A DNA stretch of 64,000 bases, taken from the NCBI GenBank assembly GCA_965240465.1, contig OZ251219.1:502681-566680 (forward strand), read 5' to 3'. The position numbers and the translations under genes were made by a program. This DNA is from a bacterium. GTDB lineage: Bacteria; SAR324; JACQKK01. Shown here in pieces: positions 28,398-40,015 of the stretch (position 1 is the first letter of the stretch; each line of letters opens with the position of its first letter). The notes under the pieces were generated by a model. That model saw nothing but the letters and a program-made list of their open reading frames with translations. It was not told the origin of the DNA and searched no databases.

Positions 28398-28782
28398 ATA
28401 AGTATTTTTCTGGTAAGTATTTATCTTAGTATATTTTTCACGCTTAGAGATCAAGTCGGGACTGAGTTTTTCAGCTCAAAGAGCCAGTTCGCATTTCCAG
28501 AGCGAAAGCAAATGCTCGCGTAAGTCTTGGTCGGTAGTGGCGATTTTTGGTAGCCGCTAGCGAAGCGGAGGTTGTCGTTGCACCGTAGAGCTTCGCGGGA
28601 AGGGAGTGCCATCATCTTTGTGAGCAGAGAATAATGGAGCAAGCAATGACATTCATTCTTCACCGAGCCCCTTTCATTTTAAGTTATCATTCCAAGTTAT
28701 CATCTTAAGTTATCATCTTAAGTTATTATTAAGTTCACTGGAGAAGTTAATGCTAGCCTTTTTTGCCATTCATTTTTGTAAT

Positions 28783-29388
28783 TTATTCTTTGCAATTTTT
28801 CAAGTAAATGAGGATTGCCCCACTACCTCCCATATTAGGAGGAGCTGAGGAGAATCTTTTGATCAGAGTTTTAGCAGTGGTGGTTTGTAGCCATTGAGAG
28901 ACGGTTTGAAAGAGTATTGGTCCTTGGCAGCCAGAATGCAGTCCCTTTCCAGTGATAACTAGGATTTTTTGATATTTTTTATGGGAGCTATCATAGAGGA
29001 ATGATTGGAGTTTGCTAAGAGCTTCTATTTGAGTGCATCCGTGGAGGTCAAGGGTAGGGTGGGTTTGGTGGGATGGGGAGTGGGGAGAGTAGGGGGTGTA
29101 GGGAGTTTTTGGGATAGATTGAAAGATTTTCTTTTTTTTATTTAGGTTATCAGGTTGGATTTGTTCATCGGTATTGGGTGGGGGGGTTTGAGTTTTAATG
29201 GCTAATTTTAGTAGTAGTTGGTCGTCATCTTGTTCTATGAATGAGATAGGTTTGGCGAGTTTTAGGATATCATTGGCAGGGTTTTCATCAGGTTTGGTTG
29301 GTTGGGTGGTATTGGGAAGAGTTAGAGTAGTTATGGGGGTATTTTTGTTGGTAGAGGAAGGGAAGAGATGGTGGCGGGATTTTTTCAT
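28783..29388 (-). CDS. Smr (MutS2-related small) domain protein
   Basis: The C-terminus has LDLHGCTQIEALSKL...VITGKGLHS...GPILFQTVSQWL. The start at 29388 forms an ATGA overlap with the nadC stop. Confidence 0.7.
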   Translation of the reverse strand: MKKSRHHLFPSSTNKNTPITTLTLPNTTQPTKPDENPANDILKLAKPISFIEQDDDQLLLKLAIKTQTPPPNTDEQIQPDNLNKKKKIFQSIPKTPYTPYSPHSPSHQTHPTLDLHGCTQIEALSKLQSFLYDSSHKKYQKILVITGKGLHSGCQGPILFQTVSQWLQTTTAKTLIKRFSSAPPNMGGSGAILIYLKNCKE

Positions 29389-30251
29389 TTTACTTCCTCC
29401 CAATCGGCGGCGATATCCACGGACGGAGCGGATTGAGTGAGTGCTCCTACTGACACGGCATTTACTCCACTGGCGGCGATATCGGGGAGGTTATGGAGTC
29501 GGATATTACCAGAGGCTTCGGTGAAGATTTTTTTATTGATGATTTGGAGGGCTATTTTGAGATTATTGATGGTCATATTATCTAGTAGGAGGGCATCGGC
29601 ACCTGATTTCAGGGCTATTTTGAGGTTTTGCAGGGTATCCACTTCTACTTGGATAAGCAATCCGTGTGGGATACGCTGTTTTAGTTTAGGGATTGCTTTT
29701 GCGAGGGGGATGCCTTGGTTTTCCAGTATTGCGAGGTGGTTATCTTTGACGAGGATGCCATCTGCGAGGGAGAAGCGGTTGTTATGTCCGCCGCCGGTGG
29801 AGACTGCATATTTTGCGAGGGTTCTGAGTCCTGGGATGGTTTTGCGGGTATCGCAGACTCGGAGGTGGGGATTTATTTGGTGGGCGATTTGGACGTATTT
29901 TTGGGTAAGGGTAGCGATTCCGCTCAAGTGTTGCAGGAAGTTAAGAGCTACTCGTTCGGCTGCGAGCAGTGCTAGTGCTGGTCCTGTGATTATGGCGAGG
30001 GTATCATTGGTTGCGAATGTTTGTCCATCGGAGTGATGTGTTTGCCATTGGATATTGGGATCGCACTGGAGGAAGGTTTCTCTGGCTAGTTCCAGCCCGC
30101 AGGCGATCCCAGCTTCGCGAGAGCGTAGTGCTAAGCGAGCTGGTTGGTTTTGCTCTAAGAGGGCTTGACTAGTCATGTCTCCCCAGCCCAGGTCTTCTTT
30201 CAGAGCGACATTCACCGAGCTTATCACCTGTTGAGCCTGCAATTTATTCAT
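29385..30251 (-). CDS. nadC: Nicotinate-nucleotide pyrophosphorylase (quinolinate phosphoribosyltransferase)
   Basis: ALKEDLGWGDMTS, RVALNFLQHLSGIAT, DTRKT.PGLR, GGGHNNRFSL.DGILVKDNH and EASGNI are present. The Met at 30251 avoids overlap with nadA. Confidence 0.9.
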   Translation of the reverse strand: MNKLQAQQVISSVNVALKEDLGWGDMTSQALLEQNQPARLALRSREAGIACGLELARETFLQCDPNIQWQTHHSDGQTFATNDTLAIITGPALALLAAERVALNFLQHLSGIATLTQKYVQIAHQINPHLRVCDTRKTIPGLRTLAKYAVSTGGGHNNRFSLADGILVKDNHLAILENQGIPLAKAIPKLKQRIPHGLLIQVEVDTLQNLKIALKSGADALLLDNMTINNLKIALQIINKKIFTEASGNIRLHNLPDIAASGVNAVSVGALTQSAPSVDIAADWEEVK

Positions 30252-30294
30252 GTTCCGTTTATAAAAAGCAGCTTTATTATCGTGCCTAACAGAG

Positions 30295-31296
30295 CTAATC
30301 ACGGGGTATTGCGAGCATTCTCTTTAGGGCTTGGCGAGCTCCGTGCAGGACATCGGGAGGTACATTCACTTCAAACACGTGTTCGGTGAGGGCTCTTTTT
30401 ACATCTTTGAGGCCGACCATTTTCATGTAGGGGCAGTGCAGTCGGCACCCGAGGCAGCCATCGGCGAGGATGAATTCTTTATCGGGATAGGCTTTTTTCA
30501 GTTGATGTAGCATGCCATTTTCGGTAGCGATCAAGAAGGTTTTCGCATGAGGATACCAACCTACTCGTTCAATCATAGCGGTGGTAGAGCAGACTTCATC
30601 AGCCATTTCAATAACATCTTGGCGGCATTCAGGGTGAGCGATTACTATTGCCTGTGGTCTTTCATCTTTTACCTTAGTAACGCTTGACCCCCTAAGTACA
30701 TCGTGAGTAGGACAGCAGCCATCATAGATGGCCATATCCACATCTGGCAGTTGAGCACTCACCCAATTGCCCAGGTTGCGATCTGGAGTAAACAGCACCT
30801 TTTTGCTTTTCAGGCTACGCACTACGGATACCGCATTGGCAGAAGTGCAACAAATATCGCTGAGAGCCTTCACTTCTGCACTGGAATTGATGTAGGTCAC
30901 CACCACATGTTGCGGGTACCTATCTTTCCAGTCTTGCAGGCTTTCCGGCGAAATGCTATCCGCCAACGAACAACCCGCTGCAACATGAGGTAAGAGTACG
31001 GTCTTTTCCTCATTGAGTACCTTGGCTGATTCTGCCATAAAGTGTACCCCGCAAAACACTACATAATGAGCATTCGTTTGCTGTGCCTGCAGAGCCAGCC
31101 CTAGCGAATCGCCGACAAAATCAGCTATATCTTGCACCGCGGTAGCCTGATAATTATGAGCCAAGATCAACGCTTGTTGCTCTTTAGCCAAAGTCCGAAT
31201 TTCGGTCTGCAATAAAGCCGTCTCTTCCACAGACAGCCTGCCGTTCACATATTGAGCCGCAGTAGGAAAGGAAACATTTGCAGTGACTTCTGTCAT
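30295..31296 (-). CDS. nadA: Quinolinate synthase
   Basis: ILAHNYQ, VGDSL, FCGVHFMAE, TYINSSAEVKA..D.CCTSANA, HPEC and TE.G blocks are present. Confidence 0.9.
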   Translation of the reverse strand: MTEVTANVSFPTAAQYVNGRLSVEETALLQTEIRTLAKEQQALILAHNYQATAVQDIADFVGDSLGLALQAQQTNAHYVVFCGVHFMAESAKVLNEEKTVLLPHVAAGCSLADSISPESLQDWKDRYPQHVVVTYINSSAEVKALSDICCTSANAVSVVRSLKSKKVLFTPDRNLGNWVSAQLPDVDMAIYDGCCPTHDVLRGSSVTKVKDERPQAIVIAHPECRQDVIEMADEVCSTTAMIERVGWYPHAKTFLIATENGMLHQLKKAYPDKEFILADGCLGCRLHCPYMKMVGLKDVKRALTEHVFEVNVPPDVLHGARQALKRMLAIPRD

Positions 31297-31544
31297 TTGC
31301 GATATTCCCGTCTGGCGACAAAAGCCTGCCCATCGGCAGGAATGCTACCCGTCCCCGAAGGAAATACCCGCCAAAACTCCTTTTTTACCAAACTGGTCAG
31401 TACCGCACTCTTGGAGAAACAATGATAAGTCGCCAAAGCATCCAACATCTGCTGTTCTAGATCACTAGCAGAAAAAGAACGTACCTTCTTTCTGAGGGAT
31501 AAAGATTTTAAGTTTTCCTTAGTCTTCATAAATGGGTTCCTCAA
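31293..31544 (-). CDS. Hypothetical 83-aa protein, translationally coupled (ATGA) to nadA
   Basis: The stop TGA overlaps the nadA ATG. No family recognised. It may be ribbon-helix-helix-like, which is speculative. Confidence 0.4.
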   Translation of the reverse strand: MRNPFMKTKENLKSLSLRKKVRSFSASDLEQQMLDALATYHCFSKSAVLTSLVKKEFWRVFPSGTGSIPADGQAFVARREYRK

Positions 31545-31779
31545 ATATTCCCTAAGATAGATTACAGCCTTAAGCTTAATTTATCTAAAACTTACCTAAA
31601 GAACATTCTAACCTTATATAAAGCTTATGTAAACATGAATTATCAATAGCCAAAATACCGAGTACATCGGCACAGGAGGAACTTTATTGCCGACCTTGAT
31701 TTTAACTAATGATTTTATCTCAGCGATGAAAAATGTTACCATGTTCGGTGAGGGCTGATATTATTAGTACTGTTCTGCG

Positions 31780-33804
31780 ATGACCTTTCTTCCTACTTCT
31801 CTTAATGTTTCTGCATCTCAGTTACGCAAGGCGGCGAATGCCTTGCGTTTTTTGGCTATGGATGCGGTACAAAAGGCTAATTCGGGTCATCCTGGGATGC
31901 CGATGGGCATGGCAGATATTGCCACCGTCTTATGGGGTGGATTTTTGCGACACAATCCTACTAATCCAGCTTGGTTTGATCGGGATCGTTTTGTCCTATC
32001 CAATGGGCATGGTTGTATGCTGCTTTATGGGCTTTTGCATTTGAGTGGTTATGATCTACCATTGGAGGCCCTACAGCAATTTCGTCAATGGGGCAGTCAA
32101 ACGCCCGGTCACCCTGAATACGGGCATACTCCGGGGGTGGAAGTGACTACCGGTCCCCTAGGGCAAGGGATTGCCAATGCAGTGGGTTTTGCGTTGGCAG
32201 AGCGATGGCTAGCACAACGTTTTAATCGTGATGCTCATGAGATAATAAACCACCGTACCTATGTGTTTTTGGGGGATGGCTGCCTGATGGAAGGTCTTAG
32301 TCATGAGGCTTGCAGTCTGGCAGGTCACCTAAAACTAGGACGTCTAATCGCCCTTTATGATGATAATCACATCAGCATTGATGGTCCCACTGAGCTATCC
32401 TTTAGCGAGAACGTTCCTCAGCGATTTAGCAGCTATGGCTGGAAAACCCAACAATTAGATGGTCATGACCCAGTTGCCATAAAAGCTGCTCTGGAGAATG
32501 CTCAGCGAGATCAATCTGCTCCTCATTTGCTGTGCTGCAAAACCACCATCGGCTGGGGAGCACCGAGCAAAGCTGGGCAAGCTTCCACCCATGGTTCACC
32601 GCTGGGTGATGAAGAAATTGCGGCTACCCGCCAAAAGCTGAATTGGCATCACCCCCCATTTGAACTGCCCCCTGAGGTAAAGGAATTCTGGCAGGTTTCC
32701 CTGAAAAAAGGTCAACAACTAGAAGCTGACTGGAACCAACAATTGAGTGCTTATCAACAACAATTTCCCTCAGAAGCAACCGAACTCAAACGTATTATTA
32801 AAGGGAAACCCTCTCAACAATGGCAACAACCCCTAGAAAACCTACTGCTGCAATGGAAAACTCAACCCCCAGCAGAAAATGCCACCCGAGCTCATTCAGG
32901 AGCAGTACTAAACACCATCGTCCCTTGCCATACCGACCTACTAGGAGGTTCTGCCGACCTCACTCCCTCCAATAACACCCGCACCAACCACCACACCGAC
33001 ATCTCCCCACTACAATGGCAGGGAAATTATATCCGCTATGGCGTAAGAGAACACGCCATGGGTGCCATAATGAACGGATTGGCTCGCCATGGAGGTTGTC
33101 TGCCCTATGGGGCTACCTTCCTTACCTTCTCCGACTACATGCGTCCCGCCATTAGAATGGCAGCTATAATGAAAATCCAAGTAATCTATGTCTTCACTCA
33201 TGACAGCATCGGACTAGGAGAAGACGGACCCACCCACCAACCTATAGAACATCTAGCCAGCTTGAGAGCTATCCCCAACCTTAGAGTACTCAGACCCGCA
33301 GATGCCCGCGAAACCGCCCAATGTTGGCAATTAGCCCTCCAATACCAAGGACCCTCACTACTGGCTCTCAGCAGACAAAAAATCCCTCACCTGCCCGGCT
33401 CCCAACAATATCTCTGTCATCAGGGTGCTTATATCATCTCCTCTAGCAAACAAACACCCAAAGCAATACTGATGGCTAGTGGAACAGAGGTGCAAATCGC
33501 CATCCAAGCCCAAACCCTCCTGGAACAACAAAACATCCCTACCAGAGTGATCAGCATGCCCTGCTGGGAACTCCTTACCACTCAGCATCATTCTTTGCTA
33601 TCACTTCCCGAGCCAGTCGTTAAACTAGCCATAGAAGCCGCCAGCCCATTTGGTTGGCATCAGTGGCTCGGAGAACAGGGCATCGCCCTGGGGATGCAAT
33701 CCTTTGGAGCTTCCGCCCCAGCCGATAAACTATATACCCAGTTTAATCTCACCCCCCAGGCAATCGTAAAAGAAGTCCAAACTCGCTGCAAACTAAACAC
33801 TTAA
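31780..33804 (+). CDS. tkt: Transketolase
   Basis: ANALRFLAMDAVQKANSGHPGMPMGMADIA, GHG.MLLY, GPLGQG, FLGDGCLMEG and THDSIGLGEDGPTHQP are present. Confidence 0.95.
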   Translation: MTFLPTSLNVSASQLRKAANALRFLAMDAVQKANSGHPGMPMGMADIATVLWGGFLRHNPTNPAWFDRDRFVLSNGHGCMLLYGLLHLSGYDLPLEALQQFRQWGSQTPGHPEYGHTPGVEVTTGPLGQGIANAVGFALAERWLAQRFNRDAHEIINHRTYVFLGDGCLMEGLSHEACSLAGHLKLGRLIALYDDNHISIDGPTELSFSENVPQRFSSYGWKTQQLDGHDPVAIKAALENAQRDQSAPHLLCCKTTIGWGAPSKAGQASTHGSPLGDEEIAATRQKLNWHHPPFELPPEVKEFWQVSLKKGQQLEADWNQQLSAYQQQFPSEATELKRIIKGKPSQQWQQPLENLLLQWKTQPPAENATRAHSGAVLNTIVPCHTDLLGGSADLTPSNNTRTNHHTDISPLQWQGNYIRYGVREHAMGAIMNGLARHGGCLPYGATFLTFSDYMRPAIRMAAIMKIQVIYVFTHDSIGLGEDGPTHQPIEHLASLRAIPNLRVLRPADARETAQCWQLALQYQGPSLLALSRQKIPHLPGSQQYLCHQGAYIISSSKQTPKAILMASGTEVQIAIQAQTLLEQQNIPTRVISMPCWELLTTQHHSLLSLPEPVVKLAIEAASPFGWHQWLGEQGIALGMQSFGASAPADKLYTQFNLTPQAIVKEVQTRCKLNT

Positions 33805-34477
33805 TGGCTAAATCTATCATGACTGTTATCATCGCCCCCTCCATTCTATCTGCCGATTTTGGTCGCCTCAATGAAGAGCTGGCTGCCCTGCAATCCTTTG
33901 GAGCTTCCGCCCCAGCCGATAAACTATATACCCAGTTTAATCTCACCCCCCAGGCAATCGTAAAAGAAGTCCAAACTCGCTGCAAACTAAACACTTAATG
34001 GCTAAATCTATCATGACTGTTATCATCGCCCCCTCCATTCTATCTGCCGATTTTGGTCGCCTCAATGAAGAGCTGGCTGCCCTGCAATCCTTTGGAGCTT
34101 CCGCCCCAGCCGATAAACTATATACCCAGTTTAATCTCACCCCCCAGGCAATCGTAAAAGAAGTCCAAACTCGCTGCAAACTAAACACTTAATGGCTAAA
34201 TCTATCATGACTGTTATCATCGCCCCCTCCATTCTATCTGCCGATTTTGGTCGCCTCAATGAAGAGCTGGCTGCCCTGCAATCCTTTGGAGCTTCCGCCC
34301 CAGCCGATAAACTATATACCCAGTTTAATCTCACCCCCCAGGCAATCGTAAAAGAAGTCCAAACTCGCTGCAAACTAAACACTTAATGGCTAAATCTATC
34401 ATGACTGTTATCATCGCCCCCTCCATTCTATCTGCCGATTTTGGTCGCCTCAATGAAGAGCTGGCTGCCCTGCAATC
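33695..34477. repeat. Perfect 194-bp tandem amplification (4 periods) spanning the tkt 3' end and rpe 5' end
   Basis: TGCAATC recurs at 33695, 33889, 34083, 34277 and 34471. Three identical 64-aa chimeric ORFs (33804, 33998, 34192) and identical antisense ORFs confirm that the copies are identical. Confidence 0.95.
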
Positions 34478-35078
34478 GGCTGGGGCAGATTGGCTACACT
34501 TGGATGTCATGGACGGGCATTTCGTCCCCAACCTAACCTTCGGACCTCCGCTGGTGCAAAAACTAAAAAAACCACCCCAGTCCTTCTTTGACGTCCACTT
34601 GATGGTCGCTGAACCCCAACTCTGGGTTGAAGCTTTCGCCCAAGCAGGAGCAGACCGCCTTACCATTCATGCCGAGGCTTCCGTTCATCTAGAAAAACAC
34701 CTGTCTTTGATCAATGAATATGGCATCTCCGCAGGCATTGCCCTCAACCCAGCCACTCCCATAGAAGTACTTAAGCACATCCTGCCAACAGTAGATCTGA
34801 TTCTTTTAATGACCGTTAACCCAGGCTTTGCAGGACAAAAATATCTGCCCTCAGTAACTCCAAAAATCAAGTCCTGTGCTGATTGGCTAACCCAAATAAA
34901 CCAAAAAAAATATCTTCAGGTGGATGGAGGAATCACCCCTGAAACCATCATCGCAGCCGCCCAAGCGGGTGCCAATTCCTTTGTAGCAGGAAGTGCCATC
35001 TTGGGAAACCAGAATTATCAGGAACAAATATCGGCTCTGAGAACACAAGCTCAAAAGGCAACCCTGCCTTCTTCTTAA
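34386..35078 (+). CDS. rpe: Ribulose-phosphate 3-epimerase
   Basis: IAPSILSADF, LHLDVMDGHFVPN, DVHLMV, MTVNPGFAGQ and VDGGI are present. Confidence 0.95.
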   Translation: MAKSIMTVIIAPSILSADFGRLNEELAALQSAGADWLHLDVMDGHFVPNLTFGPPLVQKLKKPPQSFFDVHLMVAEPQLWVEAFAQAGADRLTIHAEASVHLEKHLSLINEYGISAGIALNPATPIEVLKHILPTVDLILLMTVNPGFAGQKYLPSVTPKIKSCADWLTQINQKKYLQVDGGITPETIIAAAQAGANSFVAGSAILGNQNYQEQISALRTQAQKATLPSS

Positions 35079-35093
35079 GAATTATCCTATGAG

Positions 35094-35939
35094 TTACATC
35101 CGAAATTTTTCTCCCAGATAGATGTCTCTCACGTTGTCATTTTTCATCAATTCGCTGGGATTACCCTCAGCTAGCAGGCAACCATTATTGATGATGTAGG
35201 CTCTATCAATGATGCTCAGGGTCTCCCGTACATTATGGTCGGTAATCAGAACGCCGATCCCTTTGGCACGAATGTTTTCAATAATTTCTTGGGTACCCAT
35301 AACCGCAATCGGGTCTACCCCAGCAAATGGTTCATCCAGCAAGACATACTTGGGTTCAAGCACCAGCAACCGAGCTACCTCCACCCGCCGACTTTCTCCG
35401 CCTGATAGCTGATAACCCAACGATTCCCTAATGGCTTCCAGATTCATGCTCTGGATGACTTCCTCCATCCGTTCTTCTTGCACCGACTTGGAAAGATCAG
35501 TATATTCCAGCACGGCACGCATGTTTTCTTCCACGGTCATGTTCCGAAATACAGAACACTCTTGAGGCAGATATCCCAATCCCATACGAGCCCGCTTATG
35601 AATGGGTAATTGGGTGATGTCCTTTCCATCAAGTTGAACATTTCCTTCATCACAACTGATCAGCCCAGCGATCATGAAGAAAGTGGTAGTTTTTCCAGCT
35701 CCATTGGGTCCCAGCAGTCCCACTATTTGGCCCTGTTTAACCATCACCGAGATGCCGTTCACCACCTTGTTCCGCCGATAGCTTTTCACCAGCCCTTCGG
35801 CACGCAGTCCAGCATCCGTTTTAGCGGGATGACCTTTGGGAGTGGCTGATTTTTTTTTGGTGATACTCACTAGAATTCTTTTAGAACATAAGGGGACTTT
35901 GTTTATAAGATACCAGTACCTTATGCGATTTAAGTCCAC
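35094..35939 (-). CDS. lptB: LPS export ABC transporter ATP-binding protein LptB
   Basis: Walker A GPNGAGKTTTF, the YLPQE.S.F..LTV.EN block, signature LSGGESRRVE and Walker B LLDEPFAG. A GTG at 35870 is a more typical start (about 258 aa). Confidence 0.85.
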   Translation of the reverse strand: MDLNRIRYWYLINKVPLCSKRILVSITKKKSATPKGHPAKTDAGLRAEGLVKSYRRNKVVNGISVMVKQGQIVGLLGPNGAGKTTTFFMIAGLISCDEGNVQLDGKDITQLPIHKRARMGLGYLPQECSVFRNMTVEENMRAVLEYTDLSKSVQEERMEEVIQSMNLEAIRESLGYQLSGGESRRVEVARLLVLEPKYVLLDEPFAGVDPIAVMGTQEIIENIRAKGIGVLITDHNVRETLSIIDRAYIINNGCLLAEGNPSELMKNDNVRDIYLGEKFRM

Positions 35940-35952
35940 AAAGAATGTTAGT

Positions 35953-36804
35953 TTATGAAGGTTTTCTGGCAGCTTGGGCTAAATAATCCATATATTGCAA
36001 GGCTTCATGGGGGGTGAGCAATTCTCTGGCAGCCTCGCTGAAGCTTTGCAGATTGGGATAGAGTATTCCTATCAGTGGCGATAGTTTAACTATCACTCTC
36101 AGGGGGAGTTTAGCAGGTACTAAGTTTCGTAGTATTTCGCTGGAAAGAAGATACTGCGATGAAGCAGCTCCCAGATGGATGCGAGCTGGGGTATCTGGCT
36201 GGTGGACACTGATTATGCCTTGTTTGCTAGTGTTGACCTCCAAGTGTTCTCCTTGCATAAGGATGTTACCCCCTGAGTACGTACGCACATTGCCCTGCAA
36301 GATGAAAACATTAAACTGTGGATCTGTAGTCCAAAGTTGGTCGGCATGCAAGGTTTTCCCTGGATGGTTGAGGACTACTCCGCCCTCAGCCAGAAGGCTT
36401 GCCAGATTGCCATTCTGTAGCTTAATTGTCAGCCATTGGGATTGTAGGTCAATCAGGGGGGTTTGGCGAGTTAGCTGAGCTTGTTCAAATCGCAGCCGTA
36501 ATCCCTTTTCTTTGTCTGTCTCTGGAGGACGAAATTCCAAACTGTCTGCTTTAATGCTTATTTGAGATTCTCTCAGCCAGCCTTGAACTTCACCCTGAAA
36601 CAACACCCCTATCTCTCCCCAGCCCAAGCTACTGGACTTGAGAGCCTTGATGCACACCTTACTCCGAGGCGGACAATCCCACCTCCCTGCTACCAAAGCC
36701 CCACCCCACAGTAGCACCATCACCAACGCTACCCCACCGCCAATCTTCTTAACCTTATTCAAACCAGGGAACCTGCTATTTCTTACTTCCCCTACCCCCC
36801 TCAC
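35953..36804 (-). CDS. Membrane-anchored OstA-like LPS transport protein (LptC/LptA-like)
   Basis: Sits immediately upstream of lptB. It has an N-terminal TM anchor and beta-rich segments (SIKADSLEF..., LHADQLW..., LQGNVR..., MQGEHLEV) resembling the OstA fold. The call rests mainly on context. Confidence 0.45.
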   Translation of the reverse strand: MRGVGEVRNSRFPGLNKVKKIGGGVALVMVLLWGGALVAGRWDCPPRSKVCIKALKSSSLGWGEIGVLFQGEVQGWLRESQISIKADSLEFRPPETDKEKGLRLRFEQAQLTRQTPLIDLQSQWLTIKLQNGNLASLLAEGGVVLNHPGKTLHADQLWTTDPQFNVFILQGNVRTYSGGNILMQGEHLEVNTSKQGIISVHQPDTPARIHLGAASSQYLLSSEILRNLVPAKLPLRVIVKLSPLIGILYPNLQSFSEAARELLTPHEALQYMDYLAQAARKPS

Positions 36805-36816
36805 AGATTAACCGAG

Positions 36817-38790
<1,974 letters not shown>

Positions 38791-39019
38791 TTATCACCGC
38801 CGCTTGTCAATTCTTATAAAACGAAGCTACTGCAAAGAATCTTTCCATCAAACCCTCTCCATAATTTTTATTAGGGGATACATGGTAATATTTGACAATC
38901 TAAGTAAAATGTTCTCCAATGGCAGTTCATTATTACGCTTGGTTATTTAGTGTACTTGGTTATTTAGTGTACTCGGTTGTTTTTGTGATTAGTGTTTTCC
39001 ATTTTTATGGGTAGTTGAA

Positions 39020-39370
39020 ATGTCAATGGTTGAAAGTCAGACTGATAAGGATTCTTATGCGGTGGTAGAGACTGGTGGTCGCCAATATGTGGTACGTCCT
39101 CAGGCGGTGATTGAAGTTAATCGCTTAGATCTGCAGGTGGGAGAACCTTTTGAGACCGAGAAAGTGTTGCTCACCCACGGAGTAGGCGGGGGCCCTAAGG
39201 TGGGAGATCCTTATGTTTCGGGAGCCAAAGTAAGGGGGGTGATATTGGAGCATGTGAGGGGGAATAAGATCTTGGTGTTCAAAAAGAAGCGTCGTAAGGG
39301 ATATGCTCGTACTCGGGGTCATCGGCAGGAGTTGACAAGGGTTAAGATTGAGTCTCTTGAGGGAGCTTGA
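39020..39370 (+). CDS. rplU: 50S ribosomal protein L21
   Basis: YAVVETGGRQYVV and ...KKRRKGY.R..GHRQ are present. Confidence 0.9.
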   Translation: MSMVESQTDKDSYAVVETGGRQYVVRPQAVIEVNRLDLQVGEPFETEKVLLTHGVGGGPKVGDPYVSGAKVRGVILEHVRGNKILVFKKKRRKGYARTRGHRQELTRVKIESLEGA

Positions 39371-39437
39371 TAGGCGTTTTTATTAAAATATACATTTTTA
39401 TTGAATGTAGGCATTTTTATTAAGGTAGGAGTCCATA

Positions 39438-39722
39438 ATGGCACATAAGAAGGCGGGCGGTAGTTCTCGGAATGGCAGGGATTCTGCGGGCAAGCATTTA
39501 GGGGTCAAACGTTTTGAGGGGCAGCATGTTTTAGCAGGGAATATTTTGGTTCGGCAACGCGGGAGTACCTATCATGCTGCTAAGCATGTGGGCGTAGGCA
39601 GGGACTACACCTTGTTTGCACTTAAAAGTGGGGTGGTGTTTTTTGAGCACAAGCGGGGTAATCGCCGTTATATTGGGATCAACCCCTCCCCTCTCCCCCC
39701 TCTCCCTTCTGCAGAGGCGTAG
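39438..39722 (+). CDS. rpmA: 50S ribosomal protein L27
   Basis: [35 protein letters not shown] is present. Confidence 0.95.
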   Translation: MAHKKAGGSSRNGRDSAGKHLGVKRFEGQHVLAGNILVRQRGSTYHAAKHVGVGRDYTLFALKSGVVFFEHKRGNRRYIGINPSPLPPLPSAEA

Positions 39723-39723
39723 A

Positions 39724-39930
39724 AGAGAGGGTGTGAGGGGAGGTAGGGTAGAGGTGTGAAAGGGGTAGGGTAGGAGGTGATGTAAGGGTGGAGGTGTGAA
39801 TAGGGGCAGGGACACGGGGTAGATGTCAGAAGGGCGAAGAGGTTGTGTCGGTGATTAAGGGCAGAGTATGAAAGGGTGGGTAGGAGGTGTGAAAGGGTGG
39901 GTAGGAGGTGATGCTAAGGGCAGGGGAGTG
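39724..39930. repeat. Degenerate purine/G-rich repeats (GTGAAAGGGTGGGTAGGAGGT-like) downstream of rpmA
   Basis: Read directly. Confidence 0.7.
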
Positions 39931-40015
39931 TTTAAGTTTTTGTGCCATGCGAGCTTGAGGTGGTGAAAGAATCAGTAGGGAGGCGGTAGAGGCAAGGTAT
40001 AGGGTCTAAGAAACG

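Noticed and set aside
28105-28400. Possible tmRNA (ssrA). It has a 5' GGGGGATCGG, and GCAAATGACGAGGAA (A-N-D-E-E) about 109 nt downstream resembles the E. coli resume codon and tag start GCAAACGACGAA.
   Set aside because: The tag frame stays open for 49 codons and has no hydrophobic ...LAA-type end. There is no T-arm (GGTTCGA.TCC) or acceptor 3' strand with ACCA within the expected ~360 nt. A permuted two-piece layout is not supported either, since there is no T-arm upstream.
28105-28668. An 11-nt imperfect inverted repeat (GGGGATCGGTG ... CACCGAGCCCC), considered as TIRs of a MITE or as the closing stem of a ~560-nt RNA.
   Set aside because: A 10/11 match within about 600 nt is expected by chance roughly once. 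An internal T-run terminator also argues against a single plus-strand RNA.
33804-34386. Three identical 64-aa ORFs and three 81-aa antisense ORFs, considered as a small multicopy gene family.
   Set aside because: They are chimeras created by the 194-bp amplification (rpe residues 1-31 fused to the last 33 residues of tkt). I report them as a structural finding, not as genes.
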